Positions 36,404-49,300 are shown, counted from the stretch's first letter. The stretch is 64,000 nt of DNA from Phallusia mammillata (GCA_965637545.1 OZ281494.1:6572001-6636000); one strand, 5' to 3'. Notes: generated by a model from the letters alone, not told the origin. A program made the numbers and translations.

Positions 36404-38809
36404 GTCTCTATGGTCACAGTTTGGAACCAGTAAACAAGTAACGGCCAAAACAACTAAAAACCAGGAGTGAATGACAAGCTGTTTGTTAAACACAAACATG
36501 TCACTGCTATTTAAAATGTGTAAACAAGTTTATGCTAAAGTTTTTATGCCGTAAATCATTGCATTCGTTTCGACCTGCAGAAAAACCGCTTCGTGTCTGA
36601 TAAATCTTTCAGACAAATTTGTTGATTGGTCGGTAATAAAAATAAATAAATGACCATTAGTTAGCTCTGAAATATAATATAAGTTATTTATCTTCATGCT
36701 TGTTAATTACAACAAGTCACGATGACTGCCCAAATTGTTGCACAAACGAAAAAACCAAGTGCATCGCAGCGTGGGTATTACAAATATTTTAGTTAAAACT
36801 TCCTATCAGCAGACGTGATACAATGCAGTTGCAATCTGTTCAATATTATTACTGCGTTTTGTCCAAACTCCAGACGGGGCGACCCTAGGGATCACCACAA
36901 CAGATACATGCGGATTATGGGGATATAACAGTCATATACGAAATGAATTGCGGTATTTGTTTTGCACAATTGTGGTTATCAGCTGCAAAAAGCTGCATTG
37001 TGTGTTTGATTATTTATATACTAACATTTTAATAGATTTTCCTGATTGAAAATTGATTCGTTTCATTGCACGACATTTACCCACCATTGTAATTACCGCG
37101 CTTCGCAGTTTGAACTGTGTTGGTAATATCGCCATACATTGCTGAAAGTGAGTTTTAGCCGTGTTTTGTCTAAACAAGATGAGAGCACAAAAAATTCAAA
37201 GCACTTCTGGCTGTTAGTTTTCATGAAACCGCAAAACGCTAAAGTTTTTACGCCGAACAACATCGCATTTGTTTCGACCTGTGGACGACTACCAACCGTT
37301 GCTTTCAAACAGTTTTAAATGTTTCGGCCGTTTCTTAACTGCTGCGTGTCTGCTTTGAAACTGTTAAAAAGTTAGCCGGTTGGTTGCATTCTACTGACGT
37401 GTCATTTGTTTTAACCTGGTAACCATTTGCTTCTGAACACATGCATATTCAGCCTTTATAAATGTAGTGTTCAATCACTAAAAGTAAAAACACTTGCACA
37501 CAACTTAATCTCACAATGTTTCATAATAGTATATTGTCCGGTTTTGCACACAAGTTCAGCTGCGATAAAGCTCGTTTTGGGTTATTGCGTGCCCTCACCG
37601 ACATGGCTTCGGCAAGATATAATATTAAATCAACTAACAGCGTCAGAAACTCTTTACTTGGGCACAAAGAAATGCAGCTCGGGTCTTATACCGGATAATT
37701 TGAGGTGCGGCGACCAAAAAAAGATTCAAGAAAATGTGAATAAACCCAGGTATCCGCTCACCCATTCAAAGTTACATTCTGGTTTTCATTGTACCGCAAA
37801 CGCCCTTTTCAGAACTGATGCTGTTATTGCATACGTTTACTGCGTATGCTTGCTTAAAGAAACAGACGTATGCGTTTGTTTGAACCTAGTAGTTGCTTTG
37901 TGTGTATTTGTGTGCAATAAATAAACTTTTAGGCTGTTGCAATGTTTGTAGCATAAACAGCTTATAGTGCTAGTTAATGCCGCATTGGTGAATGTGTTTT
38001 GAATTTTCAGTTTTTACTCATTATTTGGCAACCGTATTAAGCCTGGCGACTGTCGCAATGATTACAAACTAGTAGTTGGAAACAGCCGATATGTCAGAAC
38101 ACGCTGCTATTCAAACCATTGTTTGAAATAAATGCTGGTTTTCGTGAAACTGTCAGCCATTTCATACGAAAGTTTTTACACTGGAAAACATAATATCTGT
38201 TTCAACCCATGGGCGTATGCCCGCTTTTTTACATGATGAAAAAAAATGCAGTGGCATTTTCCTTTTTTATTAATTGTCGTCTTTTTTAAAAACCATTGCG
38301 CAACACAGAAAACTTCTCTGGCCAAATTTGGACATGACAGGTGCTGTCTTAAAATGGTTGTCTGTCTTGTCATATTGGCAATAATATAGACTGGTTTTCA
38401 TTAGTGAAGCGATTTGTGCATATTAATACAAATTCGTTTAAATGAAGTTAAATGAGTTTGAAATTTCCGTTAAATTAACGGCGCAGGACACTAACGGTTT
38501 TCATGGTTGTGGTTGTGTATATTGACGTATGTCAGCTTTCTCCCCTTTCCCGCAACCCCAAAAAATTACCTAAATGTGTCAAACTAAAAGACTTGATTAT
38601 TTTATAACTTGTCACTATTAACAATATTTGGAGTATGTGTCAGCTATAGCTAATTAGTGCCAAATATTTTGAATCAAAAGAGTCAACCTAAAGTTATAAG
38701 GCAAACATCCCAAACGTTTTTGATCTTGTTGAAACGAAAACATTCACAGAACTATGTAACCAGTCGTCACTTTTATTGTACTGCAATGAACACACAGTCA
38801 TATTGCAGT

Positions 38810-39560
38810 TTATTTAACTTCCATTTCTTCAAAGACAACAATTTCATCAACCGGATTAGTTCGCTTTTTCACAGAGGCCTGAGAGAGAGGTATATTTGTC
38901 GCTCCTCCTTTATGTCGTCTAAACCCCATATCCATAGTAGGATCCACTTCGTTTTGACGGACTTCTCTGTATCTGAGATTTGTTATAACGGTTAAAAATC
39001 TCGCCAAAGGGGCAGTATTACCTCAAGTATTTGCATGAAAAGTCAATCACCGTTTCAACCTAAGCAGTTATGTTGGTACACTTATGGAATCAAAAAGTAA
39101 CCAACAGTCACCCCGATGAAATCGACAAACATTTTACAAGCATAGTTTCTTATTACAAACATAAAACAACATAGAAGAGTACCCTTGCTTAAGAAGGGCA
39201 TGAACAATACTTTTCTTGTTAAAATACTAAAATACTTGGATTGGTTTGAACATGACAGTTGGTGTTTAAAACCGCAGTTTAATGTTGAGTTACCATTAGC
39301 ATGTTTAATACTATAAATGACATGCACTTAGCCTTTAGGGACCTGCTTTAATATATTTGCGTCTCAATAATCACTTGCAATCCATCGGACGGTCAGTTTC
39401 CTTTAGTTTTGAAGTGTTTTTTTTTATAAATTTACCCACCTTAGTTGGTCCATGTTGCCTCGAATATAACAAATAAACATAAGAATAATTAGGTTTGTGA
39501 GTAAATTCAAACAAGATACACCCAGACCAACGTAACTGAACCAACTATTATCATCCATCA
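38810..39560 (-). CDS. 3' exons of a small single-pass membrane protein with an ITIM-like LRYREV; 5' end unresolved
   Basis: TM exon 39560-39440 VMDDNSWFSYVGLGVSCLNLLTNLIILMFICYIRGNMDQLR|gtgggt (phase 2) splices in phase to the last exon ..YREVRQNEVD..EIVVFEEMEVK*. Confidence 0.6.
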
Positions 39561-40437
39561 CTGTCAGCTTGTGGTTGACTTGTGCGACGGACCAGCAAGT
39601 TTTATTTGAATTTCCGTGCATTCATAATAATTTGCATTCCATAAAGTCACAGAAGGTTCGTTTTAACCTACTGCCACTTATTGTTTTGGGCTTAATCCAA
39701 GTTCTTCTAATAATCTTTCCTTGCAGTAATTAAACACACACATTTATTTCAGTGCGTTTGAACTCATTCCGATTGCACTCTAAACATGCAGGCATAGGTC
39801 GCGTATCCAGAATCGAACAAGTTTTGGGATAAACCAACATTCAGTTATGTGTAGACACCAAAACTTAAAAACGAATCATGGCAACCATGACACAAATCAA
39901 CTTCGCTAAAACGATCGTGCCACTGATTAAGTCTGCTGCAAGTTGATTAGGGAAAGGCATTTTTGTTTGTGCTTAGAGGCACTTGATAGTGTCTTTTTGG
40001 TAATTTTCTTTGTCTCTTTCATGTAGTTTTTTGTTTTGGTTATTTGGAATGCTGCTAAAGTTGATAAAGACGCCATATCTTTGTGTATGGCTTTGTTTGT
40101 TTACTCATGTTTTGTTTTAAACTATTGTTGTTTAGAAGGAATTAATTATCCAGTTTTTTGTCAAATTGGTAATGTAAATGCCTTGCCCAGAAAATGTATC
40201 AAAGTTCAACTGTAGTACAGACTTTTCTCTGTTGTGTCCATACTGGTCAATTTTAAAGGTGCATTTTCTGTGCCTCATTTACATTTGATTGTTGGTCGCA
40301 CGGTTCATCACTGGTTAATTTGCATCCTGGTTGTTGACGCCGCTTCAATAGTTGCTACTTCCGCTGAATAATGCTTTGCTGCAGAGCTTGGTTTTGCGAA
40401 ACTATAACAGTTTGCAGAAGATAGAAAAGTCGACACA

Positions 40438-42306
40438 ATGGAAGTAAAGTTATGTTTGGTGCTGATTTTAACAGGTAAGTGATACTTTTCAGCAAAAATA
40501 AATGACAAGAGACTTTTCAAATGCTATCTTTATCCTAGAATACGGTGATTAAAACGGCTTGCTGTTTTCAAAGGCATAAGTAGCGTTATTTTACGCTACT
40601 GTAATACTTCTAAGTTAATGTTGACAAAAAAATTATAAAAACTATATACGTTGAACGAAAAACACTTAAATCAGTGTACTATGCACAAATAGAAAATGAT
40701 TCCAGGTGCAAACGAGTTTTATGTATAACATTTTGTATTTTTAGGCTTTACTTTTCCGCTCGCTGTGCTTTCAACCAGCAAGTGCGGTCAGTATTTTAAA
40801 GGCAACTGGCTTGGTATTCTTCATATGGTTGGTACAAACGAATCAAGTTGTAAGTTGACCCTTGTGCCATCCGTTGGTAACCTCACTGGGATAGCAATGC
40901 AGATTATGCAGCTGAAGACGACCAACCCAACATCTCAAAGTACATTTGTAATGCCAGATAAGAACAAGCTACTCAGTCAGCCTGTAGATTTTTACAACGC
41001 TCCCAAGCAGCAGTGCATGATATTCACACAACCCGGGGCAACGCTTTGTTCTAATGCGGACTTTAACGAAACATGTAATACGCCGATTATCACAACGGCA
41101 AGTCAGTGGACACCAGTGGTCGAAACCCAACTCTTTGACGCCACGATTATTGTGTCATACACGTTCCTAAAATGCCAGAGAATTCCGGTTACTCCAACAA
41201 CGACAACCGCTACTAAAGAGGCAGGTATGATATGGAGTCATTCAAAATATCGAAACAAATAACCGCATTCTTAATCAAAATACCTTTCAAAAGCACGATA
41301 TGTAGTGCATTTTGCCTCTGTTTGCTGCAAGTAATGTGAGGCTATGTTAATAATACCTAAAGTAAACAGGTGATAAGGTTGAACATAAATCTTGATACCA
41401 ATACATAATGTTTAGAAAATGTCTTCTGTTTTTTTTTAGACAAAGTGTGGCCATCTCACACAAAGTTTCGTTTAAATCAGAATCTTTACGCAATTTATCA
41501 TGGTTAATGTTTGGTGTTTTTCATTTTTAGCTTCTGGAATTGGTCTTTCCCTTGCAAACGTCATCCTAATTGCAACATCCATGTTCTTGATTTTGCAGGC
41601 ATTGATCTGTGTAGCATTTGTTAGGTTAGATTTTAATTCTTTATTTAGAGTAACTGCTCTGATTTTAATTTAGTTAATGCATTTCCAGTTATTGCTTCCA
41701 AATCAAGAGAAAAAATAGTCGACCATCAATTACAGGTAATAATAGCTTTTGTGTGTAAAATTCATGTCGCTTTACCAAAAAGTTTCCTATGTTTTTAATA
41801 TTTTTTTGGGCAGGGTCGAAAACTTTTCATAAAACGAGCCAAATTTCCTACATTAACTGTACCGAACAACCAGGTAAGTTATTTTCTATAAAATACGTAC
41901 AGTTTGAATCGTTTAGGTCAAGTGAGAAATATAAACTTGTTAGGTATGTACATATATGTGGTCAAATGTTAAGGAAACGTAACTTAATTGTTAATTTTAA
42001 CTAACATAATTGAAATCTTTGATAGGTTTTGATGGAAGCCTTCCTAAATCGGATGTGGATGTGGATGGATATTTAAACTCAATAAGTAACTTATTTTACG
42101 TCATTTTATAAATTCCACGAGTAAATGTCCATCTGCTTTCAGGGACCGGAACTGGCACGCAAAAAAACGGAAGTTACGTCAGTGGACCCCTACGTCAACA
42201 ACAGAATCAGTCATGTTTATTTGAACTAAATGTTGCATCCAAACAATACCACATGTGCCAAATGAGCCTTGGTTTAAGTCATTTTCGGGGGCAAAAGCCG
42301 CTATAA
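40438..42306 (+). CDS. X12: divergent family member with the whole ectodomain in one exon; exact C-terminus uncertain
   Basis: MEVKLCLVLILT|gtaag; single exon with C..GIL..C..MPD..C..C..C..QWTPVV..VSYTFLKC; TM LANVILIATSMFLILQALICVAFV; tail exons ISYINC and DGYLNSI. Confidence 0.75.
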
Positions 42307-42386
42307 ACTATAGAATCAGTGTTCTTTTATTTTTTTAATAGCTGCATATTAAAACGTATTATTTTGTCCTGACCTATAGTGTACAA

Positions 42387-42705
42387 CAGGGGTGGGCAAC
42401 CTTTGTCGCTGTGGGGCCAAATACAATTGCGATGATTAGATCGCGGGCCGTACCTCTGTATAACACAAGGTGATTTTACTTCGTTGCATACCAAAAAAGC
42501 CTTACTACAAGCAAAATTCGCATTTAATTTTAGCAGCATATTGTCAGGGCGCAGAAAAAAAGCACCTGGCGCACTAGTCTGCTTAAACAAATATAATAAC
42601 TGGACTCGTTTGCCAGTACATTTGAAATCCAAGTGTCTCTGCGGGCCGCACAACCTTTATTCAAGGGCCGCATGTGGCCCGCGGGCCGTAGGATGCCCAC
42701 CCCTG
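42387..42705. mobile_element. hAT MITE, 319 bp, same terminal family as 10310-11154
   Basis: CAGGGGTGGGCAAC ... GATGCCCACCCCTG; TSD gtgtacaa / gtgtacag (7/8). Confidence 0.9.
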
Positions 42706-43213
42706 GTGTACAGGTTACATAAACGAAACAAGATCAAAAATGAAAATAAAACTTAATGTGATGGGCAGATCGCTGTAATAAACAACCCAAAAGAATGTTT
42801 ATATTTAGCACGGTTGTACTCGGGGCATGTCCCATATTTACAAGCTTTGTTCAAGTAATCATATGTGAACAAAAACATATCTTTAAAATTGTGTCTGTTT
42901 TATGCAAATGTTGTATTTTATTCGAATATTTATCTCCTAAATCAAATTATCGCGAAATTCATGTTCAAGTCCATAGATAAGAAGTTTGAAAATCCCAGTT
43001 TTAAAAAATTCTCGCCTGGTTTTACCACTTTCTAAATCGTGATACGTAAACCTGATGTCATACAACTTACACATAGCTTGATTAGTTTTCTGCGATTTAA
43101 GTACTTCCGTATGTTGACACTTAATTACTCAAGACCATATTTACATATAATTGCTTTCACCGCACAAGTTTCGCTGTATTAGTTTATCAGTGTTTGAAAA
43201 ATAAAAGGAGAAC

Positions 43214-45229
43214 ATGAAGACTTTGTTACTGCTAAGCATAGGTAAGATTTGCTTGATAAAAATATTTACAGATTATATTCAGTCAATCATAGAGTAAAAG
43301 CTCATGTGTTGAAAATACCTAGTTTTTGGTTGTTAAGGAAAAGTCGTTTATCTTTTTAGCAAAAAAGGGGGAAAGCGACAACTTAAAAAGTAATATAGCA
43401 GAATACAATGTACACACGTCGATTACAAACGTTACGGTCTGCAATGCACCCCTTTTGCTCGACAGTTGGTTGTTTGTGGATATCATTTTTGTTTTTGTAA
43501 AAACAGCTTGCTTGTTATTAAGTGTCTTATGATGTCTAGACCGTTCGATTTTCTTACTGTTCGTTGCCACACTTGTATATTCACAGTCTTTGCTACGACG
43601 AAGTTGATCCGGTGCACAATTGCACAGCTTGCTTGAGGCAGGAATTTTTTGGAACTTTGTATCATGGAAGCAATCAAACCACACCGGAAGACTGTAGCAC
43701 AACCTTTGTTGCAGTAGCACAACGCACGGACCTTGTGGTTGTGTTCAATATTCTGCAAGCCAACTGTCCGTCCCGACATGAATCTACGATTGGAGTTACA
43801 CTTTGTCAAACGGTAGAAGCAATTCTTTGTTGTTATTATAAGGTTATTTAACTTTAAACAGAAAGCGGCTGACTAATAACTTGATCGCATTGAAACCGTT
43901 AGCTGCAGGTTTTTCAAGTGTTGTTGGTGCCAACATTAAAAGGCAGTTCATCTCACAGTAATTACTCTACAATGTTTTTGTAGATTAAAACTTATTTGTA
44001 CGTTATGTTTTGTATGTTACATCTTTTGAGCACATAATTCACTATCCAAATAGGGTCAGAATTGTATGAGTAATATCTATAGTGCTATCGGTTTTATCTT
44101 TTCTAACGTATATTTAATACTGTTGTTTTCTTGTCAAGACATGATGTTTGATTTCGCTGATGGCACCGTCTCAAATATGTTACAACCTTGATGTTTAGCA
44201 TTTGTAAGTCCCGCCTCAACCACTCATTCTGGATGCAAAGAATATGTTGAGCTGCAAAACTTTTGTGGAGGGACAGCTATGACTCATATGAGTGTGAAAT
44301 GGCCGCCAGTGTTTTCGAGTCATGCTGCGAAGTATGCTATACTTATTCAGTTTAAGGTTATAAAATGCCCTACACAGTTTTCGATTCCGAAAATTCCCAC
44401 ACGAGTACCAGGTAACGCCAAAAAAAAAACGCTACAGCAAAAGTTTTTGTTTAGTTTGAGCAAAGTTGTAATGAAACATCACGTGTAAACATGGCTTTTC
44501 TTTTGATTATTAGTGCTTACCACCACCACTACGGCCCTATCCAGTGCTGCAATCACCAACTCAACCGTGTCTACATATGCAATAACAACTCCGAAACTCC
44601 TTGGTATTTTGCTGAGAGCAATCTTCTTCATTTTCTTAACAGAGATTATTATCTTTTTACTCTGCAACAGGTAAGTATAAACTATAAACCCAGTCAATAA
44701 AGTAAGCGTAACATTTCTTGTAAACCCATGCTGAAAATGAGCAATATACGTCCAGATAATAATCTTTCGTACACTTGCCATTGCCAAACGGTGATGGGAT
44801 TCAAACCCACAACAATTAAATCATTAATTCATTTTTTTTGTTTCAGCCCCAATAATAAAATAATAGCAGTGTACATGTGTTTTTAAGCCTGGAAATAAAG
44901 GCATTTAGTAGACACTAACGTTAAGTAACGCTCCGCATAACAGTCCAGACCATGTGCACATTTGTACAGGTTGTGTGTACTATTGTCGCCCGCGCATACT
45001 TGGACGTTTATGGTTTCAGGAAGACTGCACAAATTATAAATATTTTTTACTATCATAAACGGATTGAAAAAGCTACCAAAACGTTGGAGGAGGATTTATC
45101 TTCAGGTAAGGGGTTTCATCCTTTGTTTCAGTAATATTTACTATTCTGATAACATTTCATGCAAAGGTAATTCAGTCAACGATAACGAACAACCAGTTCC
45201 AGTATTGGACAATTATATTTCCCCGATAC
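43214..45229 (+). pseudogene. X13: family member with TGA at the conserved Trp of the WC motif; TM carries Arg and Glu
   Basis: MKTLLLLSI|gtaag; QP*CLAFV..GC..FC..KWPPVF with TGA at 44189-44191; TM exon 44514-44670; tail VLDNYISPI. The exon 1 to exon 2 phase is also unresolved. Confidence 0.7.
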
Positions 45230-46330
45230 GTAAGTACTGCAAGTTAGATAAACTCTCAGCCTTTAAAACGAACACAAAAATGATGTTTTTAAACTATACT
45301 ATTTCGTTTCCTCATTCGATCCACAACTTTTTTAGAGAAAAATGTCAAAAGAGGAATCCTACCATTGGTGCTTGAGCATTTGTTTGTATTATACTGCTGT
45401 TTGTCTATTTTTTAAATTTGGTAGGGAATCGATCATTGTTGCCACTTGTGGAATTCATACAATTTTTGTATCCTGTTTTGCAAGTCCACAAGTTATAACT
45501 TGGTGTAAAATATAAACTAAGCTTGGATATAGCACAGGCAACATTATCGTTAGTTTTTATTTTGAACTTCAAGGTTACCAATCGAAATCCGAGATATTGG
45601 AACATCCGGAATATATTAACATCACTTGCAGCTCAAGTGATAATGTCGATGCTGTATACGAGAAATGCTCGTAAAAAGGCTCTCCTGTCAACTTTCACGG
45701 AATAAAATACATTCATATATTACTTTTATCGAAATAATTTAAGGGTTTGAAATTTGCTGATGGAATTTAATAAACCTGTTTGAAAAGTTTTTTTTAAATG
45801 TTTAAGCTATAGGTGCAATTGTCCTGGAATACTTTAATATGTATAACTTTTCCAATCAATCAGTGCAACACTAAGTTGTCTAGTTTATGCGCTATTGCAT
45901 TTGCCTAAAAAATACAGACCTGTACAAAAATTGCGATCAATCTGTGGGATTTATTTAATACGTAATAATGAAACTTATCCACACATTAACCGTATAACTA
46001 TCTTACCGTTTTATTATTTAATGATAGCTCGATAGATTTTTGAATACTAACAGTCAATAAATTTGGAACAATCCCAACTAACATGGTTTTTCGTGTTTTT
46101 TTTGTGACGCATGAGAACGCAGCTATTTTTATTTGGTTGGATAAATTTTACATTGATGCCTGTTTGAAATATATAAACAATCACAAAACTGATTTGAGCA
46201 CTAAAACAACCAGCGGTAATGAAACAGTATTAGGCAACGGAAGAGGTAAAAATTCTACACAAAATCTGCATATAAACAATAAAGCACAGGCATTACAAAC
46301 TCTTAAACAACGTCGTCGTCAATGTGCAGT

Positions 46331-49300
46331 TTATTTGTAGTTTGAATAAGTGTCGAAATCAGACAGATAATGCATGACGACAGAGTAACAATACTTGTAA
46401 AGTTCCTGTAAACACATAAACATTATTTGAAGACCTAATCTTTATTTCTGAAGCTTACGTAAAACACTACCTTGTTGTCGACCATATTCGGTCTCATATC
46501 TCTCAGGTCTTTCACGGTTCGAAATACATCCACCCGCTTTTGTGCCTTTAAACGTTCGAGAATGTTGAAAAGAGCGATGAAGGTTCCCGTTCTCGTTGAT
46601 CCGTTACTGCGACAAACAGCGTTTGCTTGAGAATTTCTAAACTTTGGTCACCAAGCCGAGTTGGAAAATTTAGCAAAGATGGGCTTCAGGTGTAGACCCG
46701 ATTTGTGTTTAGGATTATTGAAAATTGTGGCTTACAAATTTCAGAATGATACAGGCACAAGATTTATCAACACACAATATTTGGTGTTTTGCTTCTAAAC
46801 ATCTTGTTATTAACCTGCAAGCAACTAACACACACTGGCAATTCTGTTTGGCCCTTCTTAGTTGCATTTCTTCGATATTTTTGATGAAATCCATTTCTTT
46901 AGGTGGTCGTTCCACGTCACTCCATCCCTTGACTTGCAAAAGCATCAATCGCTGGGCACTACAAGAATATTTTCCCTTGTAAGTATTGCAACACAAAATG
47001 TAATGTAGCTAGATTAATACAAGGTTCTACCATTTGCCTAATTGTTTCATGTTGGAAAAAGTGTATGGCAGAACTTACAGAGAGGAGTAGTCAAAGACGA
47101 GATACAGGGGCAAGACGAGTTTAACAATAGCACCTTGAGATGATTCAAGAGTTTGAGGATTTGAAACTTCTGCTTGTGAAGCTTGATCTTTGCAGTATCT
47201 GCAAATACGTAAAACATAACTTCAGATTAGGGTTTTAATTTATTAAGGGCGACAAGTTAGATCCCTTCTTTTCAATCTAAGACTCACAACTCGCCGTTCG
47301 AACCCAAGCTATGTTAAAACTAAATCGGCAAACCGAACCTGTGCCTTCGACGAATTAACACCACCAGCACAAAAATGAGAAGCAGCAGAAGCAACAGCCC
47401 GATCACCAAACCAGCAATCATTGCAGTACTTGTTGCAGAATTGGCCGTGTTATCTTCATGAAAACAACTTGGAGTGGGATTACCCGGAGTTGTTACTGCC
47501 AGGTTGGATGTTATGTTTGTGTTGATTGAACCAGTGACAATCACTGTGACCTGAAATACAAAAATGTTTGTTAGTTACAGCAAAAGATACGTAGCAAAAG
47601 ATACGTAGTTTCAATGCAAATAGTGAAAAAAATTATGGTTACCTCAATATCATGCGAAGTAGAGTTTAAAACATTTTCTAATGTCGCGGAACTGTCGGAA
47701 TAAGGAACAGATATTGTTCGATTCCAACCTTGGATATTAATCGCTACCTGTAGGTATTTATGGTGAAAAATTCTTTTTATTTGGATAATTTTTTTTACTT
47801 CACTTCTGTTAAGAAGCACATCAAGCAAATATTACAGATTTTGCTTCGTACTTGTGCTGTTAGTGCGTTTTCATTGATGAATTGATCGAGTCCAGTCCAA
47901 CCGACAAGCACAGTTGAAGCTTTGCATGGAAATGTCTCTGCAGTCGCGTTTACTAAAAAACGTTTTTTGAGGTTTATACAAGTATTAGACGTAACACTTT
48001 GGCTTACCTTCAGGATGGCAACTCGATGGGGGGTTTTCAAATGTTGTTACTACTTTGGTTGTTGAGACGTTAGCTTTTAGGCATCCTTTAAGCATTGCTG
48101 TGATCTGTTTATATTTTAAAGTGGATAAATTGATTTGCATGATGATTTCATTTTTTAGCAAAAATTGGATTAATGTGAAACAATAAAAAAAATAGTAAGG
48201 ATGTTGTGTTTGTCGAAAACAAGACTGTAGGTACAACCACCAAATATGAAAGAGATAAAAAATATTTGTTCGCCGACTATAAACACCGTTTACTTTAATA
48301 TTATATCTTTTTGAAAAGCTTAGGTTATCAATTGTAGTGGATCGATCTGCATACGGTGCCGTGATACTTCTGTTTGTTTCCAAAACATGAATCTTAACCT
48401 AAAGACAACATCAGAAACAAATCAAATTTTTTATAACTTACGTTAGATTATCTTTAGTTACGATTAGTTCTTACTTGCACTGTTAGTTTGTTGTTGTTGA
48501 TGATTTGTTCAAGTCCAGTCCAATTGGCAATCACAATTAAAGAGTTGCATGGAAAAACTTCCACACTTGCAGCGACTAAAACAAACACAACAATAATTAC
48601 AACCTTATACGGTCAAGTTGGAAAGGAACACATAGATTACATCAAATCAGCTGACAAAATCGTTCTTCGTTTTTGTAATCACTTACGTTTCACTTGACAA
48701 GCGTAGTAAGTCGGTTCTCCAGTGCAGTTTATGCTTGACTGCCCCCATCCTATCCCATAATGCAACGCTCCATACTGGCAAATTGTAATGTTAGAAACAG
48801 GAAAGTTTGCCGGAGATCCGTTGCTCCAATACCAGCCATGCAACGATGTGTTGTAACGAGCTCCAACAATAACTTTAATATCTAGTAAATGTACATGTTG
48901 GTGCATCCAAACTGTTGTTGTGTGGTTTGAACCAAATGCTCACCTGGTGCCAGGAACGATCCATTGTATTGTACAAAACTTTCAAATGTTTCATTAACAC
49001 TTCGCAACTTGTCCGAGTTGATGCCTTTACTTTTGTAGTTGTATATTTCTTTATGACCGTTTACAGTTTGAGAATACAATGTGAATCTTACTCTCCAACC
49101 TGCAAAATATATTTGTCAAGTGATCTGTTTTGCACAATCGCGTAATTAAAAGCAAGTGATAGATCTTAAATTTATTGCCAAGTGACTCAACTTAATTATT
49201 TTGAGCTTAGTTAATATTTTGACAAAGACATTATCTGCAGCGTTGGGCAGTCATGTTTATAGTCTTGAAAGCACATCCGAAAAAAAATCAGAAAGAGTGT

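Noticed and set aside
37427-37924. 165-aa plus-strand ORF
   Set aside because: It has a non-ATG start, no motif and no supporting splice pattern or paralog.
17324-44191. Alternative genetic code to explain in-frame TAA/TGA at conserved Ser/Trp positions
   Set aside because: TAA and TGA are used as normal terminators by neighbouring genes, and single-base nonsense changes explain each case.
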